In this document: positions 10,358 to 22,514 of the stretch, piece by piece
How positions within the stretch are numbered: position 1 is the first letter of the stretch
Layout: the number at the start of each line of letters is the position of its first letter
Notes under the pieces: generated by a model
Database searches by the model: none
What the model was told of the DNA's origin: nothing
What the model saw: the letters and a program-made list of their open reading frames with translations, nothing else
Translations under genes and position numbers: made by a program
DNA from: Octopus bimaculoides
Lineage: Eukaryota
NCBI RefSeq assembly: GCF_001194135.2
Contig: NC_069000.1
Location: 35,275,465 to 35,324,217, forward strand
Direction: 5' to 3'
Length of the DNA stretch: 48,753 nt

Positions 10358-10572
10358 CCTTTCTACTTTAGGAACAAGGCCTGAAATTTTGGGGGAGGGA
10401 GCTAATCAATTACTTTGACACCAAGTGTTTCACTGGTACTTAATTTGTCAACCCTGAAATGTTGAAGGGCAAAGTCATCCTCGGTGGAATTTGAACTCAG
10501 AACATAAAGACAGATGAAATACCACTAAGCATTTCACCCAGCATGCTAATGATTCTGCCAGCTCACCACCTT
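10306..10572 (-). mobile_element. tRNA-derived SINE family B with (ATT)n tail
   Basis: B box GTTCTGAGTTCAAATTCC; body ATCCTTTCTACT...GGCACAAGGCCTG; further copies at ~22700-23190, 25530-25630 and 27440-27520. Confidence 0.8.
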
Positions 10573-10999
10573 AATAATGATGATAATAATAATAATAATT
10601 ATTATTTCAATATTTTGCCACAAGGGCAGCTTGGGGGAAGTGGGGATGAGTCGATTAAAATGATCNNNNNNNNNNAGTTGAACGATATTCCAACAGTACG
10701 TCTGTCTTTGTCAAGTTCAAAATGAGAAGTGATAAAAATTCAAAATTACAGAAATTTAAATGTAAAGTATGAATGAGAGCAGCCAGCGTCCATACGTTGA
10801 TGGAATGACATCATCAGTCTTTAAGTTTCAATTTTATAACAGGCGAAAAGAAAAAGAAAGAAAAAGTGAGAAAGAAGAATATTTAATCAAACAATTTTGT
10901 ATAAATTTGATGATATTCTCCTGTCATCTTATTCATTCCTCCAGGGCGTGATGTTAATAACCCGCAAACATATTTCTCCTCATACATTCTGAGAAGTGA

Positions 11000-11355
11000 A
11001 AGAGAAGCAGATTCAGAATATTTTCTGAGAGTAAGTCTTCTTCAAGTCTTCAAAATTGCAGCCACTTGAAACGAAATGTTCAGCAAGTTCTGTCGAACTA
11101 CTGTTATTGTGCCTGACGTTGAATCTGTGCGCATTAAGCCTTTTGTTTAATTGTTCTGTTGTACAACCAACATAAATTGTGTTTTGTGCATTCTGCAGCG
11201 TACACCAAATGGGAATCTTTATATGTTCCACCTTCTGTATAAATCATAACATTTCTGTTATGATTTCTCATGTTGTTGCATAATGAACAGGGCTTACCTC
11301 TCTTGCGGCTGTTCTTTAAGGTACAGCGTACCGATACTCCAATGTTCGTTTTCTT
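11000..11355 (-). mobile_element. Penelope-like element fragment (GIY-YIG endonuclease, frameshifted)
   Basis: RGKPCSLCNNM...GGTYKDSHLVYAAECTKHN / IYVGCTTEQLNKRLNAHRFN...STELAEHF: CxxC linker, LVY...YVG, RLxxH and LAEHF motifs. Confidence 0.82.
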
Positions 11356-11827
11356 GGTGGTGGTGGTGGTGGTGGTGGCGGCGGCTGCTAATGAGAGCAA
11401 TGCTNNNNNNNNNNNNNNNNNNNNNNNNNNNNNNNNNNNNNNNNNNNNNNNNNNNNNNNNNNNNNNNNNNNNNNNNNNNNNNNNNNTGTGCATTCTGCAG
11501 CGTACACCAAATGGGAATCTTTATATGTTCCACCTTCTGTATAAATCATAACATTTCTGTTATGATTTCTCATGTTGTTGCATAATGAACAGGGCTTACC
11601 TCTCTTGCGGCTGTTCTTTAAGGTACAGCGTACCGATACTCCAATGTTCGTTTTCTTGGTGGTGGTGGTGGTGGTGGTGGCGGCGGCTGCTAATGAGAGC
11701 AATGCTGATGGTGATGCTGGGGGTTTGATGGTTGTGATGGCGATGATGATGGCAATGGTTGTGGGGGGGATGGGGATGCTTGGAGTTGTGGTGGTAGTAG
11801 TGATGATAATGATGGTGGGGATAATAT

Positions 11828-11859
<32 letters not shown>

Positions 11860-11882
11860 TATTTCTGTCTCTTATGTTTCAG

Positions 11883-12072
11883 CCTCTCTATAAACAGCTG
11901 TATCATGGAACTCAAAAGTGACAAGCTGAAAGTGAACTACAATGAGAGGCTGGTCACTCTTTTGCGAGAAGTTCGAATGCTGTCAGCACTCGGGTTTGCA
12001 ATCCCAAGAAATATTCAAGAAACAGCAAAAACTGCTAAGAAATTTTATAGGCATGGAATCGTTTTGGAACAG
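11883..12072 (+). CDS. DYNC2H1: DYNC2H1 exon (phase 2 to 0): LSINSCIMELKSDKLKVNYNERLVTLLREVRMLSALGFAIPRNIQETAKTAKKFYRHGIVLEQ
   Basis: Acceptor gtttcag/ and donor /gtaagt; conserved L(V)xLLREVRxLSALGFxIP motif of dynein-2 N-terminal region 1. Confidence 0.95.
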
Positions 12073-12927
12073 GTAAGTGTGTGTCATTAAACATAAAATT
12101 TCAACTTGTTCCCCTCCTCTCAGGTTTTTGCTTGTTAGTTTGTTTTTTTTACTTTTAAACATTCATTAAACATTCCCTCTCTGTCCCATGACCTCCCCCC
12201 CAGACACACTTTTTTTTTCCCTTCTGGATCCTTGCCACATGTTTTGTGTTCCTTTCTCTTACACCTTCCGTTTGTATTTGTCCTTGTGATGTGTGATAGC
12301 TCTGGACCTCGTCCCCCCTACTCAACACACTTCATCACTTTCACAATTCTGTCCATTCCTTTCTCATTGACCACTGACCCTAACCCTTCTCCCTTTCGCA
12401 TGTGTGACCGTGTGGACATACACACTCACACACAAGCACATAGACACATCACACACATACAATCAAGCATGCATGCATTCATACACTCACACACACACAC
12501 ATACATTGTGAACCAATAATTCCGCACATGACAATTCAGCACGTGTTTATGCGTATATAAAATTTAATTTTATTTATTTTGTTTTCAAATTTTCTAAACT
12601 TTTCAACTTCATGAATAAGTGGTAATGTTTTAGATTGTTAACACTAATAACTATTGAATAAACAGTAGCGTTTTCAATTGTTAATAACCTCAAAACTTTT
12701 TTCTCTATTTATATGACTATACAATTTCATTACTGTTATTTTGCGAGCTTAGGATGGTATTTTTCCCTTTTTAAGATTCCTATTGGTTACAAGCATTTGC
12801 TAATTTAAAAAAAAAAAAAAAGGAGCTCTATAGAGCAGATTTGATCAGAGAAGAGCATCTAACCGTAGAACAATCTGCCTCAATAAATTCCATCTGAGCC
12901 AAGCAAGCATGGAAAAGAGGACATTAA

Positions 12928-13103
12928 CCCTTTAGCTTTTAAACCAGCCATATCTGGTCCAAATATTCTACCTGTTTTATTTTCATACTGACCCTACAGT
13001 GTCATCATCGAAGTCTGAAAGCTACTGGATAATGCATGATTAAGACAAAACAATGTAAATAAATAAACATTACATTTGACTGGATAATCTGAAATCTAAA
13101 GGG
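12928..13103 (+). mobile_element. piggyBac-type MITE
   Basis: TTAA|CCCTTTAGC...CTAAAGGG|TTAA. Confidence 0.82.
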
Positions 13104-13231
13104 TTAAGAGAATCACGACAACACTGATGTTGATGACGATGATGCATGTGTTTATGTGTATGTAGGATCGTCTTCATTCTACATCTCCTTTAATTCTATA
13201 GTTGCTTGTTTCTTTATCTTGTTATCAACAG

Positions 13232-13340
13232 GTTGCTCACTTTTATAATACCATTGACCAACAGATGATAATGTCACAGAAACCAATGATGATCACTTCA
13301 GCTAGAGCTTTTGAAGCGTTGATTGTCAGACCAAAAGAGA
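13232..13340 (+). CDS. DYNC2H1: DYNC2H1 exon (phase 0 to 1): VAHFYNTIDQQMIMSQKPMMITSARAFEALIVRPKE
   Basis: Acceptor caacag/ and donor /gtgagt; near-identical to human VAHFYNSIDQQMIQSQRPMM. Confidence 0.95.
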
Positions 13341-14297
13341 GTGAGTGTCTTTTATATTATTTTCTAACATTTTAGATATGAAGTCCTCTCAAAAAGTATC
13401 AGACCTGGTACTATAAAAAGAAAGCTACAACACGTATCAATTCAGCATTTAATCTCCTTCAAAGTAATCCCATTTTGAAGTCACACACTTCATCCTACGC
13501 CATTCCCTTTGATGAAAGCATTCCTGAAACAGGTTAGAGTTGGTAACAGGAAGGGCATCTGGCCATAGAAAATCAGCCTTGCTATACTCTGTCCGACCAA
13601 TGCAAGCAAATATAGAAAACTGGACGATGATGAGCAATAAAGGAGATCAAACTTCTTCGGGACATTTCTCCATCTCAGCATGAGATGTGGTGCTGGAACT
13701 TTCTGTCATTCTAACTTATACACTTGTAGAGAATATTCTTCACTGAAAATGTTCTTCAACAGAAAATGACATCATCTCAGACAATACTTTATCATTCTTT
13801 TTAAGTTTTAGCAGCTTCTGACTTCCCTTTGAGCGTGTGTATTTTTAACTGGTTCATGATGTGGCAAAAGATATGCTTGTCATTATAGTTCCATCATCAT
13901 CATCGTTGTTGCTGTTATTGTTGCTGTTGCTCCTACAGTTGCCAGTATTGCTTTTGTTATCCCGTAATAATGTCAACGTAACAATAGAAGCTGTTGTTGC
14001 AATGATGTCAAAGTCTTTTGTTATCATGGCTATCACACTGTTCGCAAAATTGCTGTTTCTTATCTCATTCCACTGTGAATAAATATGATGGACTTTCTTT
14101 GTCATTAATTTCTTTTTAAATAGAAAAGAATTTCTTTTACAAAACTGGCAGATTTCCTCTTTGGAAACACCCTCTTCAGGAGGCGTTTTTAACAGAAAAA
14201 AGTTTGTTTCAATTATATATGTCAGCTTTATGACAAAGTTACCACGTAAGAGCTAAGTGAATATATCATTTTAGGTCAAAAACACTAGAAAAAGTGT

Positions 14298-14329
<32 letters not shown>

Positions 14330-14744
14330 GTTTAACATCCACTTTCCATGCTAGCATGGGTTGGACGATTTGACTGAGGACTGGTGAACCAGATGGCTAC
14401 ACCAGGCTCCAATCTGATTTGGCAGAGTTTCTACAGCTGGATGCCTTTCCTAACACCAACCACTCCGAGAGTGTAGTGGGTGCTTTTATGTGCCACCGGC
14501 CACGCTCAGAATGGTGTATTTTACATGCCACCTGCACAGGAACCAGTCCAGCGGCACTGGCAACGATCTCGCTCGAATGACTTTTCACATGCCACCGGCA
14601 CAAGTGCCAGGAAGGCGACGCTGGTAACGATCAAGCTCGAAAAGTGCTCTTAGCATTCCACTGGTACAGGTGCCATCACGATTTCGCACAGAATCCTGTA
14701 ATATTCAGAGTTAATACCAACAGTAGTAGTAGTAGTAGTAGTAG

Positions 14745-14999
14745 TAAATAAATGCGCCCTTTCAAAGCCTAGCCAGGCTCATGGACTCGGTTTCCCGGTT
14801 TCAATGGCGTATGTGTTCCCCAGCTGGACGGGACGCCAGTCCATCACAGCGTTACTCATTTTTGCCAGCTGAGTGGACTGGAGGAACATGAAATGAAGTG
14901 TTTTGCTCAAGAACACAACGCATCACCCAGTCCAGGAATCGAAACCACAATCTTACAATCATGATGCTGACACCCTAACCACTAAGCCACACGTCTCCA
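14745..14999 (-). mobile_element. tRNA-derived SINE family E, inserted in an (AGT)n run
   Basis: Head TGGCTTAGTGGTTAGGG...GGTTTCGATTCC; other copies at ~9468, 16998, 25638, 27050, 42105 and 45527. Confidence 0.8.
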
Positions 15000-15016
15000 C
15001 AGTAGTAGTAGTAGTA

Positions 15017-15285
15017 TTTTGAAATTGCAAAAATTTGGAGTGTGTAAACTGTAAAGGTTGCGCCTTTAATAACTGATGCATTAAGAACTGTGGGTAAATG
15101 TATAGACAAATGATTGAAGGAAGTTGGAATAGAATGTCCTGTAGAGCTTCTTGCCTCTTAGGGACAGGAAAAATTATCAGGAGGGTTTTAAGCACTTGAA
15201 AGACTATAGAAAGCCATGTGGATATCTAAGGTTACACATACTTCCAGAAATAAGGATGAACCTGATTCAAATCAATGATAATAGG
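15017..15285 (+). mobile_element. Second, more decayed RLE (Dong/R4-like) 3' fragment
   Basis: Reads EIAKIWSV*TVKVAPLITDALRTVGKCIDK*LKEVGIECPVELL../LLGTGKIIRRVLST*; begins right after an (AGT)n run. Confidence 0.75.
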
Positions 15286-15988
15286 TGCTCAGATGTACTA
15301 CCAGGCAGTGGTTCTTATGGCTTCAGTTCTTAACTGATTGGAAGTGTTATCATGTACATATTCTGTTCAGTACTGCCGATTTCCTTGTCATTTATTTGAC
15401 CTTAACCAGTTGTGCATGTCCCTTGGTGGTTGACAACATGTACATCTCTGAATGTGCAGGAGTGGTGGGGGAGAATCATAGCCATGTATTGAGATGGATT
15501 CTTTGGGGTTTAAATAATTCACCCTTGTAAAAATGAGTGTTTTGTTTATCATCCTTAAACAACCTTTATTCTCAGACTTCTTGAATTGAATGCGCTACTC
15601 AACCTGCAGAAAATAATTCTAACTGGCCCAAGGTGCCGCGCAGTGAGACTGAACCCAGAACTATGCAGTTGGGAAGCAAGCTTCTTACCACACAACCACG
15701 CCTGCGCCTATGTCTGTGCGTGCTTTTAGTTTTTAAATTTTTGCTGAGCCAATTGTTGATGGGTTTGTTTTCAGTTTTGTTTTCTTTTTGTTCCCCGTGG
15801 CAGTGGTAGTAACAATGGAAAAAAAAAACAATAATTATAAAATAAATATGAAAATAAATAAAGATATAAACTCAATGCAAACAACAAAAACTAACAGTTT
15901 TTTAAAAATGATACAATCAGCATGTCTGTCTGTTAGTCTCTCATTTTCCTTGTTTTTTTTTTTTTTTTTTTGTTTTTTTCTTCCCTAG

Positions 15989-16137
15989 ATACAAAAGGAC
16001 ATCATGGTATCACCAAGGTGACATGGGATAACCCTGAAGAACTGGAGAACTACATCGAGAGACTACAGGAAGCTGCCAAGAAGCTGACGTCCGAAAATCG
16101 AATGCTGCGCCAGTACCATAAGAATATCTGTGAGAAG
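15989..16137 (+). CDS. DYNC2H1: DYNC2H1 exon (phase 1 to 0): (N)TKGHHGITKVTWDNPEELENYIERLQEAAKKLTSENRMLRQYHKNICEK
   Basis: Long poly-T tract with ccctag/ acceptor and /gtggga donor; matches human ITWDNPKELEGYIQKLQNAAERLATENRKLR. Confidence 0.95.
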
Positions 16138-16159
16138 GTGGGATGAATGCTGGAGACGG

Positions 16160-16975
16160 CGGTGGTGGTGGTGGTGGTGGTGGTGGCGTTGGTGGCAGAT
16201 GGCAGTGGTGGTTGTTTGTGGTGATGGTAGTAGTGGTAGTGGCAGTTGCCATAAGGGTGGTTGTCGTTTGTCATGGTCATGTTTGCTATTGTTGTGGTGG
16301 TGGTGATGATTGTGGTTACTGTGGTCATGGTTGTGATGGTACTGGTAGTTGTGGTGGTGGTGGTGTTGGTAGCTGAAAGTGATGACTGTAGTAGTAGTAG
16401 TTGAAGTGGTGGTGGTAGTGGCGGTAGCAGTAGGAGGAGTGGTAGTAGTAATGGTGGTGGTAGTAGTAATAGTAGTAGTAGAGTAGTAGTAATGGTGGTG
16501 GTGGTGGTAGTAGCAGCAGATGTATGGATTAATGACGGTGGGTGGGAGTGGTGATTGGTGGTAGAGTAGTTTGTTGACCATAGGGATGATGATGATGAAG
16601 ATGATGCCAGCATATGTGTGTTTCACTGATGGCTTTAACGTTAGCTCATATGTGTAACAGTGAGTTAATGGTGATGGCCATGATGATAATGATGAGGAAG
16701 AGAAAGAGGAGAGTGATGGTTAATTAAATGGATGGACAGCGTCCTGTCATCTTTATTAACATGATAAATAACTGTTTTGAGTTTATCATTTCAAAGATTA
16801 ACATTTGTGTCATGCTTAGCATTTGAGATGATGACAATGATGATGCGGATGATGATGGTGATGAGGATGGTGACAACGATGATAGTGATGATAATAATGG
16901 TGATGATGGTGGTCGCTGTAATGATGATGATGGGGAGGAGGAGGAGGAGGAAGAAGATGATGATGATGATATATA
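16160..16975. repeat. Compound trinucleotide low-complexity tract (GGT/AGT/GAT)
   Basis: Directly visible; explains several spurious homopolymeric ORFs in the track. Confidence 0.9.
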
Positions 16976-17981
16976 TAATATGTGTCAGATGCAAGTGGGG
17001 CCTCATGGCTTAGAAGTTAGGGTGCTGGACTCATGATTGTAAGATTGTGGTTTCAATTCCTGGACCAGGCAACGTATTATGTTTTTGAGCAAGACACTTC
17101 ATTTCACATTACTCCAGTCCAGTCAGCTGGTAAAAGTGAGTAATCCTGCGATGGACTGGCATCCCATCCAGGGGAGGAATATCTACACAAAAGAAACCAG
17201 AAAACTGGCCTTTTGGTGTAATGTGGCCTCACCCCACATATACATATGTGTAGTAAGAAACTTGCTTCTCAACTGCATTGTTCCTGCTTCAGTTCCATTG
17301 TGTAGCACCTAGGGCAAGTGTCTTCTACTATAGCCTCAGGTCAACCAAAGCCTTGTGCGTGAATCTGGTAGATGGAAACTGAAAGAAGCCTATCATATAT
17401 ATATATATANNNNNNNNNNNNNNNNNNNNNNNNNNNNNNNNNNNNNNNNNNNNNNNNNNNNNNNNNNNNNNNNNNNNNNNNNNNNNNNNNNNNNNNNNNN
17501 NNNNNNNNNNNNNNNNNNNNNNNNNNNNNNNNNNNNNNNNNNNNNNNNNNNNNNNNNNNNNNNNNNNNNNNNNNNNNNNNNNNNNNNNNNNNNNNNNNNN
17601 NNNNNNNNNNNNNNNNNNNNNNNNNNNNNNNNNNNNNNNNNNNNNNNNNNNNNNNNNNNNNNNNNNNNNNNNNNNNNNNNNNNNNNNNNNNNNNNNNNNN
17701 NNNNNNNNNNNNNNNNNNNNNNNNNNNNNNNNNNNNNNNNNNNNNNNNNNNNNNNNNNNNNNNNNNNNNNNNNNNNNNNNNNNNNNNNNNNNNNNNNNNN
17801 NNNNNNNNNNNNNNNNNNNNNNNNNNNNNNNNNNNNNNNNNNNNNNNNNNNNNNNNNNNNNNNNNNNNNNNNNNNNNNNNNNNNNNNNNNNNNNNNNNNN
17901 NNNNNNNNNNNNNNNNNNNNNNNNNNNNNNNNNNNNNNNNNNNNNNNNNNNNNNNNNNNNNNNNNNNNNNNNNNNNNNNNN

Positions 17982-18036
<55 letters not shown>

Positions 18037-18232
18037 GTGTGTGTGTGTGTGTGTGAGTGTGTGCGTGTGTCACATATATATATAAAAACACACACATATG
18101 CATATATATATCTGTTTCAATCTGTGTATCATACTTAAAGTAGAGATACATTGGTGAAAGCCTAATAAGCTACAGTATTCATCTTGAGTTAGCATCTTTT
18201 ATGGATATATAGTGTTAAAAGACGTAGAAATA

Positions 18233-19524
18233 TCAGGCTGAGTAAAAAGTAAGCAACAGTTTGAATCATGAAATTCATCACAATATATTTCAACAATGCA
18301 GAAGTTTTATTCATCAAAGTAAGCACCATTACTATCAACACATTTTTGCCAATGAGTTACAAGTTTGTTTATTCCAGTAACATAAAAATCTGGAGTTCTG
18401 GAGCTGATGAACTCTTTGAGTGCACTTTCAGCATCAGTTTGATTTTTGAACTCCCTCTCTTGGAGGAAACCATCAAGGTGCTTGAAAAAGTGGTAGTTTG
18501 TTCGAGAAAGGTCTGGGGAATAAGTTGGGTGGGGAAGAACTTTGTTGCCAAGTTACCTCAACTTCTGGAGCATCATTAGTGAAACGTGTGGTCGAACATT
18601 TTCATGAAGAATGGTTGGCCATCTTCTGTTGACCAGTCTGGGATGGAAGAGTAGCATTTCTTTGTTCATTTTGGCAATTTCATAGCAATATGCTTCTANN
18701 NNNNNNNNNNNNNNNNNNNNNNNNNNNNNNNNNNNNNNNNNNNNNNNNNNNNNNNNNNNNNNNNNNNNNNNNNNNNNNNNNNNNNNNNNNNNNNNNNNNN
18801 NNNNNNNNNNNNNNNNNNNNNNNNNNNNNNNNNNNNNNNNNNNNNNNNNNNNNNNNNNNNNNNNNNNNNNNNNNNNNNNNNNNNNNNNNNNNNNNNNNNN
18901 NNNNNNNNNNNNNNNNNNNNNNNNNNNNNNNNNNNNNNNNNNNNNNNNNNNNNNNNNNNNNNNNNNNNNNNNNNNNNNNNNNNNNNNNNNNNNNNNNNNN
19001 NNNNNNNNNNNNNNNNNNNNNNNNNNNNNNNNNNNNNNNNNNNNNNNNNNNNNNNNNNNNNNNNNNNNNNNNNNNNNNNNNNNNNNNNNNNNNNNNNNNN
19101 NNNNNNNNNNNNNNNNNNNNNNNNNNNNNNNNNNNNNNNNNNNNNNNNNNNNNNNNNNNNNNNNNNNNNNNNNNNNNNNNNNNNNNNNNNNNNNNNNNNN
19201 NNNNNNNNNNNNNNNNNNNNNNNNNNNNNNNNNNNNNNNNNNNNNNNNNNACCAAACATTTTGATGAAATTGTGAGCAGTTTCAGCTGCTTTTTGAAGTT
19301 GAATAGCAAAATTACTTGAATATCGTGCTTTGACAGTTCCATTTCTGATGACTGTAATAATGGTGAAAAAAATGCCAATGTTAATTTATTGATGCATTTG
19401 GTCAAGTCTATTTTTGTATTATCAGACAATTGCAAAAAAATGTTTAAAAAAATTCAAAACTCTGCAAAAATCCAGTACAAATTCTTTATGGTTCAAAATG
19501 TTGCTTACTTTTTACTCAACCTGA
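18233..19524 (-). mobile_element. Full-length (~1.29 kb) cecropia/Hsmar1-like mariner, decayed; centre lies in an N gap
   Basis: TIRs TCAGGYTGAGTAAAAAGTAAGCAACA with TA TSDs; MELSKHDIQVILLFNFK..AAETAHN and LHENVRPHVS...LPHPTYSPDLSRTNYHFFKHLD...WQKCVDSNGAYFDE*. Confidence 0.92.
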
Positions 19525-19583
19525 TATATCAGCAGCAGACAAAATTCTTCCAGTAGCAGAAGTGGCATTGCTAAAGTCATATT

Positions 19584-19786
19584 AGTTCCTGGTTTTAAGG
19601 GTATCGTGAAAGGCCTGGTTGGAGGCCCAACATTCCAAGTTTTTTTGCAGGGCTCAGATAAACTGAAGGACCACTGCAGTAAGTATGTGAATCTGAGAGG
19701 GGAACATATTAAATAAAATCATACTTAACTGATCCTCTTGTATTTTCTTTTACCCAAAACCAGGAACTTTTCAGCATCCTCTCATA
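19584..19786 (+). mobile_element. Second copy of the same mariner MITE (left end truncated)
   Basis: Colinear with 26431-26651. Confidence 0.8.
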
Positions 19787-20064
19787 TATAATAATTATTT
19801 TTGACACAGATTCAAAGCCACACATATTCAGATTGAATAGAGTCAATAAAATCAGTCCCAGTATTTGACTGGTAATTATTTCTTTACCCACTCCATAAGG
19901 ATAAATGGCAGAATTAACTTTCATGAGATTTTAAAAATCACAAAGCTATTTGTCTGGTGTAATACTGGTTTTGCTGCCCATTAACTTATCGTGATAAATA
20001 TATCAATATTAACACAAGACCTATATTTTATAAACTGTAGTTCTTTGGTATCTCTTTTGGCTAG

Positions 20065-20163
20065 GTCCAACAGTTGATGCATCTTGATCTACTGCGCAAA
20101 CATCAACAATGGAAAGATTGTTACATGGATATCAAACATATACTAACAGCTGTTTTTAATCAG
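20065..20163 (+). CDS. DYNC2H1: DYNC2H1 exon (phase 0 to 0): VQQLMHLDLLRKHQQWKDCYMDIKHILTAVFNQ
   Basis: Acceptor ggctag/ and donor /gtattt; matches human VVVLMNIDLLRQQQRWKD; too short to appear in the ORF track. Confidence 0.92.
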
Positions 20164-20455
20164 GTATTTTCATAGTTTTTCCTTAATTTTACCGAAGCCT
20201 TTTTTTTCTGCGCAAAACAGATATACTCCCTCAAGATTCCAATTACCTTTAACTGTGTAAAGCAGATTTTTTACGTTTCAGTTTATCTTTTGTTAAGCAA
20301 TGTCATATTTGAAACTAGATTTTGTTGAGACGTATCAAGTTTATTGAAGCAACCTGACTTGCAGAAAATACTAATTCTGTCTCGTGGAAGATATTTTATA
20401 CCATTACAGTATTAACTATGAAATTTAATTTTGCAGTTAAAGAGTTAATTTCTCA

Positions 20456-20848
20456 TGCACAGGCATGGTTGTATGATAAGGAGCTTGCTTTGCAGCCACT
20501 TGGTTTCAGGTTCGGTTCCACTGCTTGGCACCATGGGCTAATGTCTTGTGAGTTGAATTGGTAGACAGAAACCACGTAGAAGCCTGTCACATATATGTAT
20601 GTATATATATATGTGTGTAGATGTGCATGCGTGTGTGTATTTGTGTTTGTCCCTCACCACTGTTTAACAACCAGTGTTGGTTTGTTTACATTCCCCTGTA
20701 ACTTGGAAGTTTGTAATAAGAGACCAGTAGAATAAATACCAGGCCTGAAAAAATAAGGACCAGGGTTGCTTTGTCCAACTAAACCCTTCAAGGCAGTGCC
20801 CCAGCATGGCCATGGTCCAATGACTGAAACAAGTAAGAGATAAAAGAT
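20456..20848 (+). mobile_element. SINE family A (diverged)
   Basis: Head, central microsatellite and tail all present. Confidence 0.8.
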
Positions 20849-20957
20849 TGTTTTATAATATAAACTTACTTGCCAAATAGCATCAAGTAATTTCTGCTAA
20901 AACTCAACTAATATGCTTTCACATTTATAAAACCATAACAAATTGATTGCTTTAGGC

Positions 20958-21127
20958 CAGTGGTTCCCAATCTTTTTATTTAAATGAGTTTTCCCATGGT
21001 TTCCTTTTAATATGCTTATCCTTATGTATATGTCTATATGGATGAAATTTTGAATTTAGTTCATGGACCCCTAGTACTACCTTTGCAGACCACCAGGGGT
21101 CAGCAGACTCCAGGTTGGGAACCACTG
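20958..21127. mobile_element. hAT (Charlie-like) MITE
   Basis: TIRs CAGTGGTTCCCAA / TTGGGAACCACTG; 8-bp TSD CTTTAGGC / CTTCAGGC. Confidence 0.88.
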
Positions 21128-22374
21128 CTTCAGGCAGTAGTCTCCTCTCATACACAAAGTGTCTGTTAAAGTTCCTTAATAATGCATTTTGTACTGTCTC
21201 ACAACAGGTGTTGTGCTGTCTCTAAATAGATATTGTGTTGGGTCTCTCAACAGATGTTATACTCTCTCTCTCTCTCTCTCTCTCACTCTTTCTCTCTCTT
21301 TCTCTCTCTCTTTCTCTCTCTTTCTCTCTCTCTTTCTCTCTCTCTCNNNNNNNNNNNNNNNNNNNNNNNNNNNNNNNNNNNNNNNNNNNNNNNNNNNNNN
21401 NNNNNNNNNNNNNNNNNNNNNNNNNNNNNNNNNNNNNNNNNNNNNNNNNNNNNNNNNNNNNNNNNNNNNNNNNNNNNNNNNNNNNNNNNNNNNNNNNGAC
21501 TCTATTTTAAACATGTAATCTCTCTGAACAATTGGAAGGGATATATAAACCACCATATTTTTCAGGCAAATATTTACTTGTTTCTGCCTCTCTGTCACAC
21601 TCTAACCTTTCATCATCTGACACAAGATCACTTCTTCTAATGCTCCCACCCCTCTCAAAATTCCTTGTCTTGCAAGTTATTTGGTGATCCTGCCAGTGCT
21701 GGTGCCACATAAGAAGCATCCAGTCCACACTGTGAAGTGGTTGGCATTTGGAAAGCCTCCAGCGGTAAAAGCAATGCCAAAACTGACCTCGCCTGTGCTG
21801 TTGCCATGTAAAAATCACTCAGTCCATTCTGCTGGGTGGTTCATGTTAGGAAGGGCATCCAGCCATAAAACCCTGTCAAAAAAGACACAGAAGATTACCT
21901 GGCCAGCTCCTGTCAAACTGCCAACCCATGCCAGTATGGAAGATGGACATTAAATGATGATGATGATGAAAAAAGACAACTTCAGAGGACCAAAAATTCC
22001 ATGTAAAATGAGCAGAATTGGAAAAGATAGTAATAATGTTTGAATATTTGCAATACATCATCCTCATCACCGTTTAACATCCGCTTTCCATGCTAGCATC
22101 GGTTGGACGATTTGACTGAGGACTGGCAAGCCAGAAGGCTGCACCAGGCTCCAATCTGATCTGGCAGAATTTCTACAGCTGGATGCCCTTCCTAACACCA
22201 ACCACTCCAAGAGTGTAGTGGGTGCCACCGGCGCTAGGAAATATGGTAGAATTGTTAAAATTTTCTTTCTTATTATAGTGTGTTTCTTGTTTGTTTATAA
22301 TATATTCCTATGATTATTCTTTTTGTCATGTCATTATTATTATTGTTATTGGTACTCCTGCTTCTATCACTTAG

Positions 22375-22514
22375 GGTTACTCTTATGAATTGATGGCTGG
22401 CTGGCGCCGACACTGGGACTACCAACTGTACAAAAGTCTGGAGCACCAATACCAGAGTGGTTTGGAGGCTCTAAATACAAACATTGCAGAAATTAAAGTG
22501 GAACTTGTATTCAG
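22375..22514 (+). CDS. DYNC2H1: DYNC2H1 exon (phase 0 to 2): GYSYELMAGWRRHWDYQLYKSLEHQYQSGLEALNTNIAEIKVELVF(R)
   Basis: Acceptor cacttag/ and donor /gttagt; matches human HWNHQLYKALEHQYQMGLEALNENL. Confidence 0.95.

Noticed and set aside
10787-10817. Minus-strand CUGAUGA-U-GUC...GAC-G downstream of the Penelope endonuclease, where a pLTR hammerhead might be expected
   Set aside because: No GAAA after the stem and no stem I or III; cannot be supported as a ribozyme
11572-11882. In-frame upstream extension of the 172-aa ORF containing exon 11883
   Set aside because: Made of duplicated antisense Penelope sequence and GGT/GAT microsatellites; the splice acceptor at 11881-11882 explains the true exon start
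16016-17013. Long poly-Thr/His/Gly/Met ORFs on both strands
   Set aside because: Products of trinucleotide repeats; the exon frame stops two codons into the intron (GTG GGA TGA)
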